Shown here in pieces: positions 57,177-64,000 of a DNA stretch of 64,000 nt. The notes beneath the pieces were generated by a model, which was not told the origin of the DNA, did no database searches, and was given only the letters and a program-made list of their open reading frames with translations. How positions within the stretch are numbered: position 1 is the first letter of the stretch; each line of letters starts with the position of its first letter. Origin of the DNA: an uncultured Gammaproteobacteria bacterium (GTDB lineage: Bacteria > Patescibacteriota > Patescibacteriia > 2-01-FULL-39-33); NCBI GenBank assembly GCA_964558935.1, contig CAZLFP010000001.1:5299-69298 (forward strand), written 5' to 3'. The position numbers and the translations under genes are program-made.

Positions 57177-57264
57177 TATTCCCTCCTGAGTTGTTGTTAA
57201 AAAACTGGAAGGCCACTAGCCTTCCTGATTTTGAGTGTAATTTAAATAAAAACTATTGTCAAAA

Positions 57265-57975
57265 TTATTTTTTTTGCAAGCGATCTTTGAAGGCCAAGTA
57301 AGGAAAAACAATAACGGCGTTAAAAATCCTTCGGTATCTATGAGGCTGAATAATTAGTTTGTACAGCCATTCCAAACCCAATTGACGCAACCAGCTAGGA
57401 GCTTGCTTGACTTTGCCAGACAGATAATTAAAAGTACTGCCGACGCCAATCGCTACTTTAATGTTGGGCATTTGATCCAAATTTTTGTAAATCCAAATTT
57501 CTTCCTTGATTTGACCCAAAGCCACAATGAGGATATTGGCTTGGCTGTCAATAATATCTTGAATAACTGACTGGTTTTTTTCCAACAACCAGGTTTGAGT
57601 ATTCAATTTGCCGCCGCAACTGGCCCCAACCACCGTCTTGGGATATTTTTTAGCCACCAAGCCAGCCACACCCGGTTCTCCGCCGAGCAAATAGGCTTTG
57701 ACATGCATATTACTGAGTAATTCTTTAGTCAAATCAACCCCGGTTACCCGAGAAAGCTTGCCCATTGAAGCAAGTTTCAAGCCAAAGCCATCGCAAGTGG
57801 CGATGTCGGCCTGGTTTAAAACCTGCCGGAATAAGGGATTGGCCTGAGCCGCCACCAAGAATTCCGGATTGACAGTTACGATGTAGTATTGATTAGCCGT
57901 TTTCAACCAAGCCATGATTTGAGTCATTACTTGGTCTAAGGTAATTCTTGAGATATTTACTCCGAGGATTGTCAT
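57265..57975 (-). CDS. WecB/TagA/CpsF family glycosyltransferase
   Basis: IVTVNPE, DG.G, RVTGVDL, IGVGSTF, AP.W...GLEWLY. Confidence 0.92.
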   Translation of the reverse strand: MTILGVNISRITLDQVMTQIMAWLKTANQYYIVTVNPEFLVAAQANPLFRQVLNQADIATCDGFGLKLASMGKLSRVTGVDLTKELLSNMHVKAYLLGGEPGVAGLVAKKYPKTVVGASCGGKLNTQTWLLEKNQSVIQDIIDSQANILIVALGQIKEEIWIYKNLDQMPNIKVAIGVGSTFNYLSGKVKQAPSWLRQLGLEWLYKLIIQPHRYRRIFNAVIVFPYLAFKDRLQKK

Positions 57976-58644
57976 TTAAGGATTTAAATAGTTAACGGTT
58001 AAAATGGCATCTGTCTTGTCTTGGTCTGGCTGTAAATTGAGATGTCCAAATACGCCCTGTTTCCAAAAACCCAAGTTAATTTCATAGTCGGTAATGTTTT
58101 CCTTGTAATTATAATCTGCCTGCGCTAGCTTGGTTTGGTAGTAGTTTAACAGCTCCGACTGTTGTATGTCCAAATCTTGCCAAGCCAAAGCAATGGTTTG
58201 TGTTTGTTTTAAGCTTTGGTTACTTAAAGCATGTTTGAGATCATCTAAGCTTAGTTGTTGGCTGGAAGTGGCAAAATTATTGTAGGTATTAACCAGTTGG
58301 TAGTTTAAATCGTCTGAAATGGCTTCCAGAAGCGGGTTTAAGATCCAATCCGGCAGATAATTGACCAGCTTGAGGATGGCTTGCTGACTGGTTTGAGTAG
58401 AGGCTTCAATTTGAGCCTGGTCAACTTGGTAAATGGCTAAATCGATGGGAAAATTATGGGGCAGATTGTCCACATGCTGCTTAATGGGAGAAATGGCCAG
58501 TTTCAGGCTGGCCAGTGTAGCAATGCCCAGTAACGTGATTAAAATAATCAGACTTAAGACCAAACCAAAACATGACCGACCGGATTTAGATTTGGTTGGA
58601 CGATCTTTTTGTTCATATTTGACTGAGATTGGATCTAAAGGCAT
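57976..58644 (-). CDS. Hypothetical single-TM protein
   Basis: N-terminal TM; abuts the glycosyltransferase start. Confidence 0.75.
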   Translation of the reverse strand: MPLDPISVKYEQKDRPTKSKSGRSCFGLVLSLIILITLLGIATLASLKLAISPIKQHVDNLPHNFPIDLAIYQVDQAQIEASTQTSQQAILKLVNYLPDWILNPLLEAISDDLNYQLVNTYNNFATSSQQLSLDDLKHALSNQSLKQTQTIALAWQDLDIQQSELLNYYQTKLAQADYNYKENITDYEINLGFWKQGVFGHLNLQPDQDKTDAILTVNYLNP

Positions 58645-58693
58645 GGTTGTGTGTTGATATGTATTTTAACAAGTAAACAGTATTTGTAAAAGG

Positions 58694-58722
58694 TTGACAG
58701 TTATGATGAATAACTGTATAAT
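58694..58722 (+). promoter_or_regulatory. sigma70 promoter of the hairpin-array RNA
   Basis: TTGACA(58694)-17-TATAAT(58717). Confidence 0.85.
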
Positions 58723-58728
58723 TTTATT

Positions 58729-58997
58729 GTGGATGACAGGATGTCATCTACCTTCCCTCCTATGGGCTAACGGGATTCGTCTCGTTAGCCAAGCTATCAA
58801 AGAGCTCAGCTCTTTGTCTCAGATAACAGTCTGACCCTTACCTTGCCTCTGAAACGTTCAGTGGCATGGACTCCGTATGGTTGGGAAGAGTCTAGCATCT
58901 CCTCTTCCCAACCTTCCCCAGCTTCCTCTGCATTGCCTAGCGGCAATGGTCAACCTAGTAGCGAGGATTCACACCGAATCCTCGCTCATTTTTTTTT
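58729..58997 (+). ncRNA. Putative ~270-nt hairpin-array RNA
   Basis: About eight consecutive hairpins with C/U-rich linkers; terminator AGCGAGGATTC/GAATCCTCGCT plus T9. Confidence 0.65.
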
Positions 58998-59024
58998 GTT
59001 ATTTTTTTATGCTATGATTCAGAT

Positions 59025-59903
59025 ATGCAGCCAGCCAAATTCTATTCCGAGTTAAATTCAGACTGGGTCAAATGCCAGTTATGTCAGCATTATTGCCAGA
59101 TTAAACCCGGTAGTCATGGGCGTTGCCGGGTCAGAGTGAATCGGTCCGGTCAATTATATACTTTGAATTACGGTAAGGTAATTACACAGAGCACGGATCC
59201 AATAGAGAAAAAGCCATTGTATCATTTTTTACCCAATACTCAGACGTATTCGTTAGCTTGTGCCGGGTGTAATTTTACGTGTCGATATTGTCAAAATGCA
59301 GATATTTCCCAGTTTACAACTTCATTAGCTCAGTTCAATGCAACTTTACCTGAGATACCAGCTCAGGATATTGTGGATTTAGCCTTAGTCAATGACTGTC
59401 CGTCGATTGCTTACACATATACCGAACCGACCGTCTATCTGGAATATGCCTGGGAGTGTATGCAATTGGCTCATCAGTCCAATTTAAAGAATGTTTGGGT
59501 ATCTAACGGCTATATGTCTGACTTGGCTCTGCAAGCTATTCTCCCCTATTTGGATGCCATTAATGTGGATTTAAAGTTTTTTCGGGATAAGACGTATTTA
59601 AATATGACAGGTGCTCATCTCCAGCCTGTTTTGGAAACGTTGATGAGGCTTAAGGAAAATGACATACACACTGAAATCACAACTTTGATCATTCCCGGGA
59701 TTAATGATTCAGTTGCAGAAATGACGGATATCGCTAAATTTATTTTTCAAAAATTAGGCCAGTCTACGCCTTGGCATGTCTCAGCTTTTTATCCGACATA
59801 CCAGTTACACAATTTACCTCCGACAGATCCGGAGACGGTATTGAGAGCGCAACAAATCGGTAGGCAAATAGGTCTCAGGCATGTGTATATCGGTAATGTG
59901 TAA
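59025..59903 (+). CDS. amrS: AmmeMemoRadiSam system radical SAM enzyme
   Basis: C.LC...C......G.C.VR, DPIEKKPLYHFLP, GCNF.C.YCQN, AYTYTEP, YIGNV. Confidence 0.9.
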   Translation: MQPAKFYSELNSDWVKCQLCQHYCQIKPGSHGRCRVRVNRSGQLYTLNYGKVITQSTDPIEKKPLYHFLPNTQTYSLACAGCNFTCRYCQNADISQFTTSLAQFNATLPEIPAQDIVDLALVNDCPSIAYTYTEPTVYLEYAWECMQLAHQSNLKNVWVSNGYMSDLALQAILPYLDAINVDLKFFRDKTYLNMTGAHLQPVLETLMRLKENDIHTEITTLIIPGINDSVAEMTDIAKFIFQKLGQSTPWHVSAFYPTYQLHNLPPTDPETVLRAQQIGRQIGLRHVYIGNV

Positions 59904-59991
59904 ACACAAGAGAAATGACCAGAGTAACGCAAGCTAGGTATTTACGTCTAAATATGGTATAATGCGACTAACAATTAATGATTCCTCTTCT

Positions 59992-61356
59992 ATGCAAAAA
60001 ATATTTAAAATTAGCCTTTTTTCTTTCATTATGTGGTTGGTCATCCAACCTGTTTTAGCGGTTGAATTTGATCCGGATTATTTGATATCTGATTCTGAAA
60101 TGACAGATTACAATTCGATGACCCAGGAGCAGATTCAGAAGTTTCTAGATGAGCAGGAAGGTACTTTGAACAAGTATATTTGTGTGGATAAAGAGGGAGA
60201 GCTCAAAACAGCCTCCCAAACTTTTTATGAAGTCGCTCAGAAATGGATGATTAATCCCAAATACCTGTTGGTTTTGGTGCAAAAAGAAATGAGCTTACTC
60301 TCAGATGAATCCCCCAAACAAACTCAGTATGATTGGGCGACCGGTTACGGCTGTCCCGATGGCTCTGGCTGTGATGCCCGGTGGAAAGGTTTTTACAAAC
60401 AGGTTAATTCCGCCGCCGCTCAAACCAGGTACTACATGGATAATATTCATGAATTCCATTACCAACCTCATCAGACATATACCATCGATAGTTATCGGGT
60501 AACGCCAAAGAATACCGCAACTGCTGGCTTGTATGCCTATACCCCGCATGTAGACTGCGATGGCAAATGCGGTGGTAATGTTTTATTCTGGGATTTATAC
60601 AATAAATTTTTTTCCAAAAAGTGGCCGGACGGAGCTTTATTAATTGCCGATGATGGGTCGAATCCCTTTTTAATTAAGGATGGTAAAAAAAGAGAAATTA
60701 CGTCCAAAGCGGTTTTATTGTCCAGATTCGATCCGGATAATGTTGTAACTGTCAACGGCAATGATCTGGCTTCCTACGACGATGGACCACCCATTGAATA
60801 CTTGAATTTTTCATTGTTGAAAGACTCTCGTGGCAATATCTATATGATAGACGATGACAAAAAGAGAAAGATTCAAAGTGATGAGGTATTTCAAAAGATC
60901 GGCTTCATGGAAGATGAAGTTATCTCAGTCAGCGATTTGGAGCTGGCTCAATATGAAGATGGACCGGAGATTACCAAGTATACGCTGTATCCCTCTGGTC
61001 AGCTGGTCCGGAATACTGAGACTGGAGATATATTTTATTTAATCAGCAGTAAAAAGAGATTAGTGATTAATGATGAAATTAAAAATGCCAATTTTATGGG
61101 CATGACAGTCGAACCTATGGACGCGGGTGAATTGGACAAATACCGAACAGCCAGTGAAATGACTCTGCCTGACGGCTATTTGGTGAAGACGGCGGATTCC
61201 AATACTGTCTATGTCATTTCCAACGGTAAAAGATTGCCCATTTTCAATGCCAAAGTTTTCACTAATATGAAATATGGTTGGGATGTTATTCAAACAGTTT
61301 CCCAACAAACATTGGACGTCCATAAATTAGGGCAGACTATAACCGGTGAGTGGTAA
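59992..61356 (+). CDS. Secreted protein: putative cell-wall hydrolase-like N-domain plus C-terminal repeats; probable start 59992
   Basis: Signal peptide; INPKYLL..VQKE, ATGYGCPD, N.ATA.LY.YTPH; about four G.L.K...(I/V)Y.I..GK(K/R) repeats. Confidence 0.7.
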   Translation: MQKIFKISLFSFIMWLVIQPVLAVEFDPDYLISDSEMTDYNSMTQEQIQKFLDEQEGTLNKYICVDKEGELKTASQTFYEVAQKWMINPKYLLVLVQKEMSLLSDESPKQTQYDWATGYGCPDGSGCDARWKGFYKQVNSAAAQTRYYMDNIHEFHYQPHQTYTIDSYRVTPKNTATAGLYAYTPHVDCDGKCGGNVLFWDLYNKFFSKKWPDGALLIADDGSNPFLIKDGKKREITSKAVLLSRFDPDNVVTVNGNDLASYDDGPPIEYLNFSLLKDSRGNIYMIDDDKKRKIQSDEVFQKIGFMEDEVISVSDLELAQYEDGPEITKYTLYPSGQLVRNTETGDIFYLISSKKRLVINDEIKNANFMGMTVEPMDAGELDKYRTASEMTLPDGYLVKTADSNTVYVISNGKRLPIFNAKVFTNMKYGWDVIQTVSQQTLDVHKLGQTITGEW

Positions 61357-61368
61357 TAATCTAAACAT

Positions 61369-62160
61369 ATGTCACTTGTGTTTGCTGGCCTTGTGCCACA
61401 TCCTCCAATTTTAATTCCTGCCATTGGTAAAGACAATTTGGACCAGATTGAGAAAACTGAGAAAGCAATGCGTCAAATGGAACAGGAATTGTACAGTACT
61501 AAGCCAGATATTCTGATGATAATTTCTCCTCATGGTGAAATAGATCCGACTGCTTTTACCATTAATTTATCAGATAAATACACCATGGATTTTGAAGATT
61601 TTGGAGATTTTGCGACCAAATTGGAAGCTAAGGGTGAAGTGATTGAAATTACCAGAGCCAAAGAGACAATTGCCGACAAAGTACCCTTGAATATCATTTC
61701 TGAAACAGATTTGGACCATGGCGTTGCTGTCCCCTATTTTTATCTAGCCCAACACTTGGAAAATACGGGTTTGATTCCTGTTCATTTTTCGTTGTTGAAC
61801 AATCAAGCTCACCTCGATTTTGGCAAGGCTTTAAAAGAAGTTATTATGTCGAGCCGCAAAAGAATAGCAGTTATTGCCTCAGGAGATATGTCGCACTGTT
61901 TAACTCAAAACGCACCAGCCGGTTTTAATCCGGCCGGCAAAGAATTCGATGAACTGTTAATTGAATTGCTGAAGCAAGCAGACACCAAAGGTATAGTTAG
62001 CCTGGATTCTAAGTTGGTTGAGCAAGCAGCCGAATGTGGCTACCGATCCATTCTTATCCTACTGGGCATTTTAAATAACATGAGTTATAAAACCGAGGTT
62101 TTGAGCTATGAAGCGCCTTTTGGCGTCGGTTATCTGGTGGCTAATTTAAAACTGACTTAG
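61369..62160 (+). CDS. amrB: AmmeMemoRadiSam system protein B (MEMO1/LigB-like)
   Basis: PHPPILIP.IG, ISPHG, LDHG..VP, IASGDMSH, ECG, SYEAPFGVGY. Confidence 0.88.
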   Translation: MSLVFAGLVPHPPILIPAIGKDNLDQIEKTEKAMRQMEQELYSTKPDILMIISPHGEIDPTAFTINLSDKYTMDFEDFGDFATKLEAKGEVIEITRAKETIADKVPLNIISETDLDHGVAVPYFYLAQHLENTGLIPVHFSLLNNQAHLDFGKALKEVIMSSRKRIAVIASGDMSHCLTQNAPAGFNPAGKEFDELLIELLKQADTKGIVSLDSKLVEQAAECGYRSILILLGILNNMSYKTEVLSYEAPFGVGYLVANLKLT

Positions 62161-62426
62161 CTTTCTATTATTTTAAAAAAATATCTCCATCTTTCCCCTT
62201 TCTCGCACAATTCCTTGGTATCGTTTAGAGCTTTTTCCACGATTGTCTTGGGGTACTGTTTACACACCTTAAAGACAGAGTTTCTTTTAAAGCCGGGAAT
62301 GCCCAATTCATCAATAATCCTTAAAGCCAAATCCTGCCACTCATAGGCAGGTGGTTTTTTGTGTTCAAAAGCTTTATTGTTTAACAATAAGTCTTTGATG
62401 TTTTGTGGTCCTTGGTTGATGGGCAT
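62157..62426 (-). CDS. Small hypothetical protein
   Basis: PAYEWQDLAL...W.YFFK; TAAAAT 6 nt before the ATG. Confidence 0.75.
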   Translation of the reverse strand: MPINQGPQNIKDLLLNNKAFEHKKPPAYEWQDLALRIIDELGIPGFKRNSVFKVCKQYPKTIVEKALNDTKELCEKGERWRYFFKIIES

Positions 62427-62503
62427 GTGTATATTTTAACCTTTAGAAATAATTTAGGCAATCAGTATTGACAAATTGGAGAAAAATATTGTATAAATTA
62501 AGC

Positions 62504-62971
62504 ATGTTAGAGGTAATTGTTAATCCCAATCCTATTTTAAGAAAAATGTCACAACCGGTGGCAGATGTTTTGAATCCGGAAATTCAAGAATTAATTCCAC
62601 AAATGATTGAAACAATGCTGGCGGAAGACGGGGTGGGCTTGGCTGCACCTCAGATTGGAAAAAATATTAGGATGGTGGTTATTAGATATGAGGATGAAGA
62701 TTTGACTCTAATTAATCCTCTGGTTGTAACTAAGTCATTCTTTAAAGAATGGGGTGAAGAGGGTTGTCTGTCCGTACCTGGGAAAATAGGAGAAGTTAAA
62801 AGATACAAAAGAGTCAAAGTTAAGTTTCTTGATGCGGAAAATAAAGAACAGATTTTGGAAGCGCAAGGTTTACTGGCACGTATTTTGCAACATGAAATAG
62901 ATCATTTGGATGGTGTCCTGTTTATAGATAAGGCTAGAAAGATCAAAACAGCCGAGACATATCAGGAATAA
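62504..62971 (+). CDS. def: Peptide deformylase; start 62504
   Basis: GVGLAAPQIG, EGCLS, QHEIDHL. Confidence 0.97.
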   Translation: MLEVIVNPNPILRKMSQPVADVLNPEIQELIPQMIETMLAEDGVGLAAPQIGKNIRMVVIRYEDEDLTLINPLVVTKSFFKEWGEEGCLSVPGKIGEVKRYKRVKVKFLDAENKEQILEAQGLLARILQHEIDHLDGVLFIDKARKIKTAETYQE

Positions 62972-62987
62972 CAAGTATGATTAAATA

Positions 62988-63908
62988 ATGAGCAGAACTA
63001 AAATCATATTTTTTGGCACTCCGGACTTTGCAGTCCCTTTTTTGGATCATCTGGTTCATGATCCAAACCTGGAAGTTGCTTTGGTTGTAACTCAACCGGA
63101 CAGACCAACCGGCAGAAAACAGATTATTACTCCCCCGCCGGTTAAGGTCTTGGCTCAAGACAAAGGAATTGAAGTCTTTCAGCCCGAAACCCTAAAAGAC
63201 GCCTCTGTTTTAGAAAAAATCAGATCTGTTGACCCGGATCTTGTAGTTGTTGTGGCTTACGGTTTAATCATTCCTCAAAACATCCTAGATATTGCTCCGG
63301 CCATAAATGTCCATCCTTCTCTGCTTCCCAAATACCGGGGAGCTTCTCCGGTTCAATCCGCCATTTTGAATCAAGATGTAGAAACCGGTGTTAGCATCAT
63401 GTTGCTGGATGCAAAAATGGATCATGGCCCCATATTGGCTCAAAAAAGACTTAAATTGAATGGGGTTGAAACTAACTCATCTTTGCATGTTAAATTAGCT
63501 GAAATCGGCAAAATTTTGCTTGTAGATGCCATTAAAGCCTACCTTAAGGGTGAAATTCAGCCTCAGGAGCAAGTTCATAGTCAAGCTACGTATTGTCAAC
63601 AAATTGTCAAAGATCAGGCACGTTTGAATTGGCAGTCTTCAGCAGACCATTTGCAAGCCCAAATCAGAGCCTTTTATCCTTGGCCCGTGGCTTGGACAAC
63701 TCACCAAGGTAAGAGAGTTAAAATCTTTCCACCCACCAAGGTAAATTCCTTAAGTCTCAAGCCGGGGCAGGTCCAACTGCAAAACAACCAAGTTTTAGTT
63801 GGTTGTGGTCAGGCCAGCTTGGAACTGTCTCAGATTCAAGTTGAAGGTAAAACACCTATGGAAGCTAGGACTTGGCTTCAATCCGTAGGTGATCTGACTT
63901 TGGTTTAA
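62988..63908 (+). CDS. fmt: Methionyl-tRNA formyltransferase
   Basis: FFGTPDFA, VVTQPD, INVHPSLLPKYRGASP. Confidence 0.97.
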   Translation: MSRTKIIFFGTPDFAVPFLDHLVHDPNLEVALVVTQPDRPTGRKQIITPPPVKVLAQDKGIEVFQPETLKDASVLEKIRSVDPDLVVVVAYGLIIPQNILDIAPAINVHPSLLPKYRGASPVQSAILNQDVETGVSIMLLDAKMDHGPILAQKRLKLNGVETNSSLHVKLAEIGKILLVDAIKAYLKGEIQPQEQVHSQATYCQQIVKDQARLNWQSSADHLQAQIRAFYPWPVAWTTHQGKRVKIFPPTKVNSLSLKPGQVQLQNNQVLVGCGQASLELSQIQVEGKTPMEARTWLQSVGDLTLV

Positions 63909-64000
63909 AGATTAAACCCAGAATGATTAAAAGTAAGATATCTAAGTAGAATTCTTCCCGCAAAAAATAATTGGTGTAGATAGTCATAATAACCACAAAG
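63865..64000 (-). CDS. 3' end of a membrane protein (truncated by window)
   Basis: Open hydrophobic frame ...FVVIMTIYTNYFLREEFYLDILLLIILGLIFK...AKS-stop. Confidence 0.4.
   Translation of the reverse strand, partial: FVVIMTIYTNYFLREEFYLDILLLIILGLIFKPKSDHLRIEAKS

Noticed and set aside
58729-58997. CRISPR array or REP cluster
   Set aside because: The hairpins do not share sequence or a fixed period, and there are no cas genes
5806-62503. Extended N-termini in the ORF track (5806, 9942, 10148, 17880, 26726, 30387, 35608, 36582, 48175, 62468)
   Set aside because: These starts fall in promoters (often the TTG of TTGAC), leaders or upstream genes; downstream ATGs fit family N-termini or SD positions
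153-63158. Numerous short antisense or alternate-frame ORFs inside housekeeping genes
   Set aside because: Fully overlap well-supported genes and show no motifs or initiation signals

Overview
Chromosomal window from an AT-rich bacterium using genetic code 11. It is most likely a Patescibacteria/CPR (Parcubacteria/ABY1-like) genome, inferred from an RpoA lacking its CTD, a short AlaRS, an NLPY-type PrmC, a sigma4-HTH protein and a chromosomal VirD4-like ATPase. The backbone is housekeeping: a MacAB-like ABC exporter, rodA, rplY, prmC-prfA-rpmE, rpsB-tsf, gap, secDF, mnmA-alaS, the infA-rpsI ribosomal cluster, a UvrD-nuclease fusion, pheST, lysS, serS, a xer recombinase, gltX, AmmeMemoRadiSam genes and def-fmt. 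I found no tRNA, rRNA, CRISPR array or IS element. A second layer of self-contained sigma70 promoter -> payload -> intrinsic terminator units sits between host genes. Payloads are either orphan ORFs led by strong Shine-Dalgarno (SD) sites, often AGGAGGG, whereas many host genes look leaderless or SD-less, or multi-hairpin non-coding RNAs whose unpaired linkers carry C-rich anti-SD-like motifs. A 1.9-kb structured island at 34.7-36.6 kb contains both types. Other notable items: an unannotated 42-aa, 11-Cys metallothionein-like ORF; a lox/dif-like site and a DnaA box at the xer promoter; SecD with a permuted parvulin insert; a prenyl synthase inside a two-component operon; and a PurF homolog lacking the catalytic N-terminal Cys. 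All calls come from reading motifs by eye; no searches or folding programs were run.
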